Origin: Eledone cirrhosa
Taxonomy: Eukaryota
Assembly (NCBI GenBank): GCA_964016885.1
Contig: OZ024742.1
Location: 351,602,001-351,666,000 of the forward strand
Length of the DNA stretch: 64,000 nt
Direction: 5' to 3'
Shown: positions 24,803 through 37,554 of the stretch, piece after piece
Numbering within the stretch: the stretch's first letter is position 1
How the letters are laid out: every line of letters starts with the position of its first letter
Made by a program: the position numbers and the translations under genes
The notes under the pieces: model-generated
Seen by the model: the letters and a program-made list of their open reading frames with translations, nothing else
Told to the model about the DNA's origin: nothing
Databases searched by the model: none

Positions 24803-26917
24803 CATTTCTTACTCTTCACTTACGTAATGAGAGAATTCCCCTCCACCTACGTCTCCATTGGTATTTTCCAATCCATACATACACACACATACATGCATAT
24901 ATATATACATATATTCATACATGCATATAATCTTTTCACAATTTTGTTCATTAGACAAGCATGTATAGGGAAATATTTACAGATGTATATCACCATTAAA
25001 ATACCCTATATTAGGTATTAGAAAGAAGCATGGAAATCTACCATTATTATGGTTAAAAGCAATTGGATATACATTTAGATGGTATGGTAGCATAAACAAA
25101 ATGAAATAAATACACGAAAGACATTGTCAGCTTCAAACTATTTCTCTGCCATATGTTCACTGATTTTATAATTCAATAGTCTATAATTTAGTTGCTTAAT
25201 TGTATACTTTAAAGTCGGAGAAATCTGATCTTGTTTCTTTGAAAAATAGATCCACAAAAACTGCGGTATAATGCATGTAATCAACTATATTGTCAGTAGT
25301 GAAGGACGGCTTTCAACAAATGACTGGCGCATCAACTTTAAATAAACGGACACTGATATTACTAGAAACATACCTACATACAGATAGTGAATCTTTACTT
25401 AGACACTTCGCCTAAACATTTTGAGAGAAATTAAAGGATATTCAATTCTATTCATGTAGTTTCTAATAGCATTGACCGCACACAGGAAATGAGCTTATTT
25501 CTACACTAAACCAGAACCATAAGGATTGACATGTTAACAAGGAGAAGGTGTTTCCATTTCTCACTCACGAAATCAATACAACATTGATTTCCTTTGATTA
25601 CACTAAACTAAAGGAATGTGTATTTCGGAAGATGTTGTGCTGTATCTATTTATTAGTTTTATTACCAATGTTACGGTATATGTAAAGTAAAATATGTTGA
25701 CCTGTAAGCAAACCTTTCTATCGTTTGTGGCTTTAGAGGAAATGACGTTGCAACATCCTTTCACTTATCACCATTAGTGAAACACCTCAATACACAAAAG
25801 CACATAATTGACAAATAAGCACCGACGACGGTAACATTCATGACGAAACTATGTTATTGGCACACTGTACAGGTGGATCACAATGGTTGGCAATGGTTCA
25901 TTGGCATTTCTGTATTATATGGAAACACATGAGGACGGGAAATATATATGTATTATCTTTCAACACATATCTGAATATCTCGTAGAATAATACATTTCTT
26001 TGTGGGAATTGTCCATGGGATATACTTAAATGTGCCAGTAAATTCATTGGTTTCTTCCAGGATTTGATATAGAAACCCCGAGGGTATACTTATTGTTTTA
26101 TGTTGAAACACTTAAAAATGTTTCTCTATGTATTGAATATATAAAGATTAATTGAAGAATCGGAATATCACAATAATTTTATAAAATATATATGGACATA
26201 TTATTACACTGTATAATGTATTATAACATATATTTAGATCAATTAAAACTACAGCGTTATAATTCAATTGGCTTTTCATAAAATGTCTCTTGAGAAGCGT
26301 ACTCCAAAAATATTGCAAGATAAATATTCCTCTAATGTTAGTTACTGCATCGTGCAAAATGTAGTTTCTTTCAGATTTAGAAAATGTCAATACAATGTAT
26401 ATTTAGTAGGATGCGTAACTTTTGAAATAAACCACTTTATCTGTCAAAATCAATTAAACTCAATTGAAGTTAAAGAGTTTATATCGATGAAGAAACAGTT
26501 AAATTTAAGATTTTCCTTAACCACTCGGGAAGATATTGATTTGTTTGAAATAACAAAACTTGATTTTCTTTTTTGTATTATTAATGTCATTGTGGACTAC
26601 TGAGGAATCTCTGAAATATTTGAGTGCTACGCTAAAAGCCGAATTGCCTTTATTTCTCTCTTCAACTTCTATTGAAGTAGAAAATAGTAATTATAAAGTA
26701 TGTGCTGGAAGCGTTTATCAGGAAATCCCTCTACCCTTTTGGGATTCTTTAACAGCATAGCAGTTTATTATAACCTATATTCTAACATTTCATAATCAAC
26801 GTAACATATTTGAGCATCAAACAAAATGTCTCACAACATTTTATTCATCTCACTATACATGTTCCGAATTCCTGCAAAATTCCATTTCTTCATTCATCTC
26901 TTCAGTATTGATTTAAA

Positions 26918-28300
26918 AAAGAAATCATTATAGAAACATCGTGTGAGTAATGATGCGGTATACACTGTATTTTTATGAGTTTCACAAAATCATCTGAAGT
27001 ATATTTGGAATTGGAAGATACATTCTATTTGGTGATACAAGAATATGTCACGAATATAGTTCTTTAAGCAAATAATTACTGAATATCAAGTGTAGTAGCA
27101 ACTATATATAATTGCTCATAGTAGGTATCACATTGCTCATATGTATCACATTGAACCTTACGCTAAACTAAGATCGAACAAATTTTTGAAACACCATACA
27201 ATGTTTGTAAGTTTAAAATATATATAGTATTGCTGCTGAATGTAAATGGGGAGAAAACATCTCCTCGTATCTTTACATGAGTATAATATTAATTGTGTAG
27301 CTTTACACTTTTGTATTCTATTGCTAAAGAATATACAACGGGTATACGTATCATGATGCAAGCATAAACGGGCGGAAACCATGCATAGATTACTGTTATT
27401 TCATATTCTGAGGCGTTGATTCATACATTTCTCTTATTTTAAGATTTTAAGAATTGTATATAGGTCAAGACATGCACAGTTCCGCTATGAAATGGAGGTT
27501 TGGACATATAGAACACAGAATAAAAACGTATCCGACAATGCACTTTGGAATAGTTTTAAAAAACTCGTCTTATCTTTTAAAACATTCATATTTGTAGCCA
27601 AGGAGGAACGTATTCTTGCTTCATAGATTATGTTACTTAATTCAGATAGTCTGAAGCTATATGCTTCCATTGGTGATGGATATATTTTCGGGATTTGTTA
27701 GGATAAAAGTAATATAAAAACAAATATGAAATTGTATAGTTTCACGCATCAAGAACACCGACATTTTATGTACATATTCTAATAGAATCATACAAATGAT
27801 AACACCTTAGAAGTACACAGAGTTGCTTTTCTACTTACTGACAAAATCATTCAACCCATGGTCAATATTAGAGACTACACTGTATAATAAAAGCACATTA
27901 TAAAAGCATGCAATATAGATATTGAATAGGATATCTAAACGAGGAGGAACCATGGTATGGTTCTTGTTCTCAGAGGTAGAAGTCTGTGACTAGTTAAAAT
28001 AAAGATGTACATATAAAGCCAATTCGATATGTATTTTGGACAGCTTGGAGAATACAATTAGCACGTATCAAACACGAGGTAAAATCAATTATCATAACAT
28101 ACTTGGACAAAATTCATCCAGATTCCATTCATATTTTTCGTGTGTTCCCAGAGATATTGTACAGTGTTTATATATGTACAGTGTATATATAGAATGTCTC
28201 TTCCCCTTCCAAATGAACTTAAGATGATTTTGTGAACGTCACATAAAAATACAGTGTATACCGCATCATTACTCACACGATATTTCTATAATGATTTCTT
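26918..28300. repeat. About 110 bp inverted repeats enclosing about 1.2 kb (possible non-autonomous transposon)
   Basis: About 26918-27028 is the reverse complement of about 28189-28300 (AAGAAATCATTATAGAAA..GTGTGAGTAATGATGCGGTATACACTG). Confidence 0.7.
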
Positions 28301-28342
28301 TGTTATACATATATATATATATGTATGTATATATATATATAT

Positions 28343-28813
28343 ATAAACAAAACCTGTCAAAGGGCAAAGGAGCTCTTAAGAGTCAATGGCCATCCAAAAT
28401 CACCGGGAGAGATGACCCATTAGCCTTTGTCAAGACAGAATTCTAGGAGAAGGAAAACTCTAATATAACACCTGCAACCCTAATGGTATCCAATGATGTT
28501 GACTTATTCTTCTTTTTGGTAAATATCATCTTGGTTAAGAGAGTGGGACTGGCTTTGTGCAGTGCCTTTGCTCACTATAAAAGCTTCACGGCACAGGCAT
28601 TGCTTTATATCTGGAGATCTCTCTGCACTTGTCATCACATGGTACCATGGGCCCAGCACTATGTATCAATAATTGTCACAAGTGTAGTGTTTGTACCGGA
28701 GTTTTCAAGTCGCTGGCTGGACTAAAAAGTCACACTCGTTCAGCGCATCGGTAGGGGTTCTCCTACATGGATATAAAGTAGTGGCCGTACTCGAAAACGA
28801 GTTGGCAGCCACC
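28343..28813 (+). mobile_element. Internally deleted (bipartite) RTE-derived element
   Basis: RTE-type 5' UTR motif CTAGGAGAAGGAAAACTCT close to a C-terminal C2H2 finger CSVC..FKSLAGLKSHTRSAH* and a 3' hairpin ACTCGAAAACGAGT. Confidence 0.65.
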
Positions 28814-28838
28814 TTATATATATATATATATATGTACA

Positions 28839-28887
<49 letters not shown>

Positions 28888-29419
28888 AAAGAATAGAGGT
28901 GTAACACACAAGTTATTATATATTGGTAAACGGAATAGAAAATGCTGACAAATTGTTCACAGTTGAAAAATGGTTTAATTAGGAATAAAAGAGTATTAGT
29001 GATTGTATGGGTTAGTATTCAGTTGTGGTTTTAAGTTTTTAAGTTTTTACCGGTTGCGCATTTCTAAATGCTTTTCAAAAATAATTTTGAGATAGAGTGT
29101 CCGTGCTGTTTGCTCTGATCTGATTAGTTTTGGGAATTCTACCTGTTTTTATGTTAAAAAAATGGCTCCAGCGTTATTTTTGTGTTGCAAAAATGCTTGT
29201 GGTCAAAACAATTTTGATTGGTCGGTAGAGGTCATGTGAATGTAAAAAGTTGATTTTGCGCCAAGACTGTTTTTATGTTAAAATGTTAGAAAAGTGGCTC
29301 CAGCAAAAATTATTGGTCAAAACAATTTTGATTGGTCGGTAGAGGTCATGTGGATAAAAAATTGGTTTTGCGCCAAGATTGAGAAATGACTCTTTCACAA
29401 CAAATATGTGTGTGTGTGT

Positions 29420-29497
<78 letters not shown>

Positions 29498-29566
29498 TAG
29501 TAGTAGTAAGGTGTTCGATGCTGCGACAATAGCCACCAGCGATGTGTGTCAAATGGCTATTAAGAT

Positions 29567-29606
<40 letters not shown>

Positions 29607-29672
29607 ACATACACACAGCAGAGTCATTCGAAGGTGAAAAGATATTTTTCAGCTTTTGTCTTATACGGACAA

Positions 29673-29707
<35 letters not shown>

Positions 29708-29945
29708 AGTCTCTTTGTATGTTGATGTACGCGTGTGTATGTGTTTGTGTATATATGTGTGTGTGTGTGTGTGTGCGTGTGTGGGTAGACCAGTATTTTT
29801 TCCCCCTGGTAAAATGGTGTACATTATTCGATTTTTTCAGTAAAATCGGTTCTCTTAATAGAACATCAACAATCTTAACAATAAAAGGTGTGAAATGATA
29901 TTCACTATATATATATATACACACACACACACACATATATATTTT

Positions 29946-29984
<39 letters not shown>

Positions 29985-30126
29985 TACATACATACATATG
30001 CACATATATTTTTTTGTATTGCACCATAGAGCATGTGTGTTTACGTGTGTCATTGTGTTTATATGTGGGTAGAGATGTGTGCTGATGTAGGTATGTATGT
30101 TGACGTGTGTATGTTGTGGGTTCGTC

Positions 30127-30880
30127 TTAGGGAGAAGTGTTTAGACGGGGTCCGTATTTGTTAATGAAGTAAGATTCCTTGCTGATGCGCTGGGTGTGGG
30201 TGGCATTATCTTTAAATTTGTAGAGGGGAAAGATTCTGAAGTTGGGATGATTTTGGGCGGCACAGGTATCAATGTGTTCACTCAGTGGTATTTTCCTGTA
30301 TTCCCGTATTTTAATTTGGGATCTATGGACAGTCATGCGTTGGCGGAGGCTGTTTTTGGTCTGGCCTATGTATTGTTCTCGATAACCTGAACAAGTTAAT
30401 ACATATATTAAATTTTCCGATGCACATGTGAAATTGTGTTTTACTATAAAACGTTGTCCATCTTTGAAATAGAATTCCGAACCCTCTATTAGGTTGATGC
30501 AAATGCCACAGTTGGGTCTATCGCATTTTTTTACTGTGGGTTTCGTTGTTGTGGTTGGCAGTACTTTGGCATGTGTTAAGATGTTTTTCATTGACTTGGA
30601 TTGTCTTTTGCTCTTTATGATATCGTGTGTTCGTAGAATTTGGTTCACTCTATGGTCCTTTTTCAATACAGGGATGTTCTGGAGGATGGTGTCAAAGGCC
30701 TCATTGTTGAGGGGGTTGTGTGTGGAGATGTATGGAAGAGCTTTTAGTTTTGGTTGATTTACTTTAGGGTGTCTAAGGTCCTGGGTACTGAGTTTTAGGG
30801 CACGTTGGATTCCATTGTCAATTAGTGATGCAGGGTAGTCCCTGCCTATGAGTGTGTCCTTTAGGACACACTCATAGGCA
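30127..30880 (-). pseudogene. PLE RT thumb plus GIY-YIG endonuclease fragment
   Basis: RDYPASLID, LPYISTHNP, CDRPNCGIC, NLIYVLTC..QYIGQT..LRQRMTVH, ESYFINKYGPRLN. Confidence 0.9.
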
Positions 30881-31186
30881 GGGACTACCAATTTGCGCAA
30901 AACCAATTTTTTATCCACATGACCTCTACCGACCAATCAAAATTGTTTTGACCAATAATTTTTGCTGGAGCCACTTTTCTAACATTTTAACATAAAAACA
31001 GTCTTGGCGCAAAATCAACTTTTTACATTCACATGACCTCTACCGACCAATCAAAATTGTTTTGACCACAAGCATTTTTGCAACACAAAAATAACGCTGG
31101 AGCCATTTTTTTAACATAAAAACAGGTAGAATTCCCAAAACTAATCAGATCAGAGCAAACAGCACGGACACTCTATCTCAAAATTA

Positions 31187-31223
31187 TTTTTGAAAAGCAT
31201 TTAGAAATGCGCAACCGGTAAAA
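31187..31223 (+). ncRNA. Hammerhead-like motif, U3-A8 core, GAAA read as GCAA (mirror copy at 29045-29081, minus strand)
   Basis: UUU-UUGAAAA-GCAUUU(ag)AAAUGC-GCAA-CCGG-UA-AAA. Confidence 0.5.
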
Positions 31224-31593
31224 ACTTAAAAACTTAAAACCACAACTGAATACTAACCCATACAATCACTAATACTCTTTTATTCCTAATTAAACCATTT
31301 TTCAACTGTGAACAATTTGTCAGCATTTTCTATTCCGTTTACCAATATATATATATATATATATGCGTATCACATTTTAAATGGATTCGCAGATACCGAG
31401 TTAATATTTTGAATATTTTGTGACGGTAGTCAATATAAAAAAAATAGGTTATTTCAAATCCACTGAGTATTTGTAGCTCAGTCACATCTCACATTATTAC
31501 TTTTAATATCTAATACCATTTCACATTAATAACATTTGTATTACTCCTATGGGAATTGTGGAATACAGGATTACCTCCACCTGTATATATCAA

Positions 31594-31995
31594 CTAGCAG
31601 ATGTACCCGGCGTTGCTCGGGAAATGAATGACAGCCTGATTTGTTCAAGGTCGTTTATGGCTTAGCTAGCAATTTCTTTGTGCATGTCAGCTTATGTCAG
31701 CTAATTGACTAGCCATTGAGAGGTCGCCTCAATAGCACGTGCCAAATCGGCCTAGTGCTTCAAAAGTAAAAAGGACCCTAGTAATTGTACACAGACAGAT
31801 ACACACCCAAAATCAATTTTTTGGCCCCAATATCCATTTTGTTTACACATTTCTCTCTTTCCAAAACCTGTGCTGGCATATAAACATTTGTGCCAAATTT
31901 GGTTGAAATCGGCCTAGTACTTCAAAAGTTAAAAGGAGCCTAGTATTTGTACACAGACAGACACACACAGACCGACTTGCTTTTATATATATACA
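31594..31995 (-). mobile_element. Non-autonomous Helitron
   Basis: Minus strand starts TATATATATAAAAG and ends with hairpin CCCGAGCAACGCCGGG followed by CTAG; internal GTCT/GT repeats and a 60 bp duplication. Confidence 0.8.
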
Positions 31996-32278
31996 TTTAC
32001 AAGACATAATATTACTTACGTAATTGTATTCCATTATAAGATAGGTCAGATAACCCGCCTGGGAGATCGCTTTCAGGGATATGTGAGAGATTAACTGTGA
32101 GGTTCGGATATACGTGTGCAACGTATGATATAAAGACATCGCAAATTGGAAAATCTGTGTATGTGTCTATGTGTGTGTGTGTGTGCATGCATGGATAAAA
32201 TCCATGTATTGCTTTGAATCCGAAGGTAGCGCGCACACATCACACACACATGCACACATGTAGGTGCATATACTTATA

Positions 32279-32334
<56 letters not shown>

Positions 32335-33462
32335 ATATGGTCACCCCCCCCCCCACATATATATATATAATTAAGGTTAAATGATAATTTTCTCTCTCTG
32401 GAGGTCCACCTGTTAAACATAGGGTCACTTTACAAGACCACTACTTTCGTGTTGAGTGCTCTATACTCTCAGATGTCACTCTCATACGATGCACATATAC
32501 ACACACACACACACATATACACACAAAGACACAGACACGGACACATACACACACATATATATACACACACATCCCTCCACACACATATATATATATGTGT
32601 GTGTTTGTTGTCTGTCTGTAAATATATAGCAAGTGTCTATATGAATGAGATGACCACCCTTCACCCTACTTCGACATATCATGCATACTCTCGTCTATCA
32701 GTTACATAATCATGTTCTTGTTTTTCTTCACTAGCATGGGATTTAACTTGCCTTATAACGAGAAATATCAATATGTAGTGACCAACATTTGAGTGCATGC
32801 ATTCACATATTGCATTCACTGAAATCGATTTAAAGATTAATCTATAATATAGTAATGAGAAAAAGACATGAAATGTTGGCATAATATCCCATGTATTAAT
32901 GAGAGTCTAAATTTTAACTTTGATATACTAAATCAGTGAAATATAGAACAGAAGTCCATTAAGCAATTGCTCGTGGGAATATAATACCACTTAGATATTT
33001 GACTACTAAAACGCATTGTTGCAATAAGTTTAAAATGTCCATATAATTTAATGATACTTAAGTTATCAACATATACCTGTTTTAAAATCCTCTCATCTAA
33101 ACAGATTGATTTTATTCAGGTGAAACCTATATTTTACTTTATGGGCATGTTAACTATTTCATACACACGGTATGAAAAATAGTCACATAGATAAATAAAT
33201 CACCACAGTTTCTCAATAAATCTATGAATAATTAGGGGTTATGCAAATAATATATGAAAGTAAATATTTCTACATTTCCCCACATCGTTTTCAAATATGG
33301 AGTACACTGTTGAGAATATTTTATTTTTATATGGACCGGTAACACCTGATGGTGTCATAGTGATCCCTAATTATATACAGAGTGTCTTCAATATTTTAAA
33401 CCACATGTAACCCATCTGTTTTCCAGAGGCACATTAGTTGGCTTCCTTACTAGGAAAGTGAT

Positions 33463-34113
33463 AGTTGTTGTGACACCTCACACCTATGTAGGATTAGCTG
33501 GCCCCCTCCAAAGTATATCTCGTTGGAGGTGTCTTGGGTAATTTAATCATAGGGACCGCAGTCTTATTATGTGACACCTCACACCGTGCAGCTTTAGCTG
33601 GCCTCCTCCAAGGTATATTTCGTTGGACGTGTCTTGGGTGATTTAATGATAGGGACCCCAGTCCTATTATGTTTCAGCTCACACCTATGTAGGTTCAGCT
33701 GGCCTCTTCCAAGGTATATGGCGTTGGAGGTGTCTTGGGAGATTTAATGATAGGGACCCCAGTCTAATCATGTTATAGCTCAGCTATGTAGGTTTAGCTG
33801 GCCTCCTCCTAGGTATATCTCGTTGGAGGTGTCTTGGCTGATTTAAGGATAGGGACCCCAGTCCTATTATGTTATAGCTCACGTGCAGGTTTAGCTGGCC
33901 TCCTCCAAGGTATATCTCGTTGGGGGTGTCTTGGGTGATTTAATGATAGGGACCCCAGTCCTATCATCTCATTTCTACAGCTGAGTAAACTGGAGCAACC
34001 TGAAATAAAGTGTCTTGTTCAAGGAGACAACACATCACCCGGTCCAATAATTGAACTCACAACCTTTCGATTGAAAGCTCTGTGCTCTAACAACTAAACC
34101 ATGCGCCTTCACT
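33463..34113 (-). mobile_element. tRNA-derived SINE (family B) with five tandem copies of a 100 bp 3' unit
   Basis: Head GTGAAGGCGCATGGTTTAGTTGTTAG..GAGTTCAAT, CORE-like TCCTTGAACAAGACACTTTA; candidate TSD TAGGAAAGTGAT (33451) and TAGGAAAAGTGAT (34114). Confidence 0.8.
33469..33965. repeat. Tandem repeat, about 100 bp x5
   Basis: TAGCTGGCCTCCTCCAAGGTATATCTCGTTGGAGGTGTCTTGGGTGATTTAATGATAGGGACCCCAGTC recurs five times. Confidence 0.95.
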
Positions 34114-34399
34114 TAGGAAAAGTGATTAATAGAGAGGAACTGAGAAAGAGGTTTCACTCTAAACATGTCGTTTATTGACATCGGAAGGCCTTTTTGCTCA
34201 GAGCAATGACAGCCGAAAGGAATTAGGCAAAGTTTCCTGACGTTGGAATGATTCTACCGACATGCGTTACTCTGTTTTGAATAGTCTATTTGAATATAAT
34301 GCTCAAGCCATGAGTAGACATAAATTAACGTACTGGAAAATCAGAACAGTCATGGAATACACGACACTAACTACATTATGTGTTTAGAATTGTATAATA

Positions 34400-34512
34400 T
34401 AATTGTTTCTACTTTTGGCACAAGGCCAGCAATTACCCAGTGCATTACTGATACTTTATGTTATCGAACCCGTAAGGATGAAAGGCAAAGTGAACCTCGG
34501 CGGGATTTGAAT
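34400..34512 (-). mobile_element. SINE family A, partial
   Basis: 3' half of the consensus. Confidence 0.85.
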
Positions 34513-35076
34513 TGTATAAAGTAATGTAATTCTCGCTGGTTTAACCCATTGTCAAATATATTAATAGTGAAGAGTCGATGATCGTCAATAATAAATTGAT
34601 CAGAATATATATCACAGAATCTACCATTGCAGGGTTTAAATTGTAGCGTAATTTATTGTCTGAAGTCTTGTATCTTACTGTGTATATTGTTCGTGAGGTT
34701 TGATATGTATATACCTTTATTATCAAAGTCTGTTAATGGAAGCTGATCGTTACCGTATGTTTCAAAACATGCACCTGTATCAACCTGATGGTTTATGATA
34801 GTCTACTGATGGTGATTTTCATGAGACAAATGGATGAAATGGCTGACGTTGAAAATCAACCAGAAAATGATCGCTAATGCAGAGGCATGTTTGCAAAACT
34901 GTGTCAAGCAGAGAAGATGTCGGCTTTGTCCATAGCAGAGATTGATCTATTTCCAAAATCACGCGAATACAACAAGCGTTAACCTAATATATCCCTTCCA
35001 TATACTGATTGTGTTGTTATTTATGCTTAGCTTTTACACACACACAAATATATACACACACACACGTATACACACA

Positions 35077-35110
<34 letters not shown>

Positions 35111-35131
35111 TATATATATATATATATACAC

Positions 35132-35208
<77 letters not shown>

Positions 35209-35287
35209 TGTGCCTGATATTAGCTATGATGCTTCCATAGGCGGTTTGCCGGTTGAGCGTTCTATGTTCTTACAGAGCAGAGTGTGA

Positions 35288-35605
35288 TATAATGTAAAAC
35301 GAAAAATCAGTGATGCATCTGCACTCAATATTTTGTGTTACAATTGTTTCGCCGGCAGATAGCCCGAGACACGGTCACTGTGTCGATCTGTATGATTCTG
35401 GACCTGCAGGTTCGTCGGACACTTGCAATAATTTCGGAGAGAGAAAATTTGATTCTAAATTACTGCAAGTGTCCGACCAACCTGCAGGTTCAGAATCAGA
35501 CAGATCCACACAATGATCGTGCCTCGAGCTGTCTGCCGGCGAAACAATTGTAACAAACAATAATTTGAGGTCAGATGCATCATTGATTTTTCGTTTTACA
35601 TTATA
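35288..35605. mobile_element. Fold-back element with about 150 bp arms; each arm contains a hammerhead-like fold
   Basis: TATAATGTAAAACG...CGTTTTACATTATA imperfect palindrome with TA ends. Confidence 0.8.
35335..35422 (-). ncRNA. Type I hammerhead-like ribozyme, CCGACGA (U4C) core, extended stem II
   Basis: GUGU-CCGACGA-ACCUGCAGGU...AUCUGCCGGC-GAAA-CAAUUG-UA-ACAC; mirror copy at 35469-35556 has G8C. Confidence 0.6.
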
Positions 35606-35608
35606 TAT

Positions 35609-35738
35609 ATAGCCGTCGAAACGGCTTGAGCTCAGCTGTCGGGGTCTTACTGGTTCCTATTACCCACTCTACTACCTCAAGTATTGAGTACTTTGGTGCG
35701 TTATGGTCCACCTGGTTCCTTACCCCATTTCCTTCGTT
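35609..35738 (+). mobile_element. Family H terminal repeat
   Basis: ATAGCCGTCGAAACGGCTTGAGCTCAGCTGTCGGGGTC...CCTTCGTT between TA runs. Confidence 0.8.
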
Positions 35739-36273
35739 ATATATATATATATAAATCAGGAAAGAAGGTTTACATGGTTTGCTATACAAAAAAGTTTTTA
35801 ATCACATAGCTTACATTTGTTTCACTGAGCTGGTATGTCTAGAGATCGCTATCCGCCTAATTTTGCGTCACTCGATCGCCAATACAGAATTATAACCAGT
35901 CAGATCTTCGGATCATGCGAGAATGAAGAAAATACACAGGCAAGAAAATAAAAGAAAATATGGAGTAGTTATGGCACTCAATTAGAACAATAACAACAAC
36001 AATTATTACAACAATGCTATCAATAAACTATTTAAGGAGACCCTGATATTACTTAGGTGGGGGGTATATAATGTATCTAATGTTACGGCGTGAAAACCAG
36101 CTGTCATAAGGCAACAATTATCGTAGTGTGTATCAATTTTAAATTATAAAGATAAGCTAGTTTTTACAGTCTTTCTCTTCATCTTCAACAGTATACATGA
36201 GTGGGACCACTGTCAAAGCTCAATAGTTGTAGAGTTAATACAGAGGTTAACGAATTAATATACGCATATATCT

Positions 36274-36316
<43 letters not shown>

Positions 36317-36740
36317 AATATAAATATATATACACATATATGTGTACATAGACACATACATACACATTAATATACACTCGTACAAAAATATACATACATG
36401 CAAAGAGAAAAGCGTGCTAATTGTAATATGGCAAAAAGAAGGTAAAGTAACATTGTAGTAGTGAAATGAGAAAAACTAGGATCTAGGATCAAATGATTGC
36501 AGCAGCTGAGAAGGAGTAAGATTGTTGGTAGATGAGGTATTTACAGACTATTGTGTGGTATAGACTTGTGAAGGAAATAGTATACTTAATGAATATATGT
36601 TTGTGGGTAGTAGGTATCCTAATTTAAAGCTATGTTATGTTGGTTCGATTCACGGAGGTTTGAATCTTATGAATTTAGTGGCTATTCTATGTCTGCAGAA
36701 GATAGATCTTTCTAACTTATTATTAAGTAGCCTTTTAACA

Positions 36741-37154
36741 ATCCCAGATAGGTGCCCATTGGCGAACAGATGTCTCGATTCGAGCCTGGTGTACATGTGC
36801 ACTGTCATCTCGGGTAACTCCACTTGGAATTACATAGGATCCACCGCGGGTTCTTTTAAGAAAAGATGGTATGTGCACAGGCACTCGATGAAAAACCGAG
36901 CACTTATGGGTTCCACCACCCTCGCCAGAAAAATATGGGAATTGAAGGACAGCAACGCTAGCTACACTATCAACTGGTCGAAGTTGTCGGCTGCTAAAAC
37001 CTATAGTACAGGTATGTCCTATTGCGGGCTGTGTGATCTTGAGCTATTGTATATCCTTAGAAATGTTAAAAGGCTACTTAATAATAAGTTAGAAAGATCT
37101 ATCTTCTGCAGACATAGAATAGCCACTAAATTCATAAGATTCAAACCTCCGTGA
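36741..37154 (+). pseudogene. PLE GIY-YIG endonuclease fragment
   Basis: CPLANRC..LVYMCTV..YIGST..FKKRW..H, TTLARKIWELK, CGLC.LE, LLNNKLE..CRH. Confidence 0.9.
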
Positions 37155-37487
37155 ATCGAACCAACATAACATAGCTTTAAATTAGGATACCTACTACCCA
37201 CAAAAATATATTCATTAAGTATACTATTTCCTTCACAAGTCTATACCACACAATAGTCTGTAAATACCTCATCTACCAACAATCTTACTCCTTCTCAGCT
37301 GCTGCAATCATTTGATCCTAGATCCTAGTTTTTCTCATTTCACTACTACAATGTTACTTTACCTTCTTTTTGCCATATTACAATTAGCACGCTTTTCTCT
37401 TTGCATGTATGTATATTTTTGTACGAGTGTATATTAATGTGTATGTATGTGTCTATGTACACATATATGTGTATATATATTTATATT

Positions 37488-37554
<67 letters not shown>

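Larger units (their letters stand above)
28917..31348 (-). mobile_element. Penelope-like retroelement 2 (Neptune-like Cys linker), 5'-truncated with inverted pLTR
   Basis: GIY-YIG ORF; about 28917-29375 is nearly identical to the reverse complement of about 30892-31348; TA at both ends. Confidence 0.92.

Noticed and set aside
28670-28754. Host C2H2 zinc-finger exon
   Set aside because: Single finger followed by a stop and an RTE-type 3' hairpin; better explained as an RTE C-terminus
30881-30936. N-terminus of the 269 aa ORF
   Set aside because: Read-through from the inverted pLTR, not a real start
33469-33965. CRISPR-like array
   Set aside because: Whole units repeat with no unique spacers, no cas genes, eukaryotic context; it is the tail of a SINE
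36597-36740. N-terminus of the 185 aa ORF
   Set aside because: Antisense of the endonuclease C-terminus and 3' UTR within the inverted arm; a chimeric ORF created by the inversion
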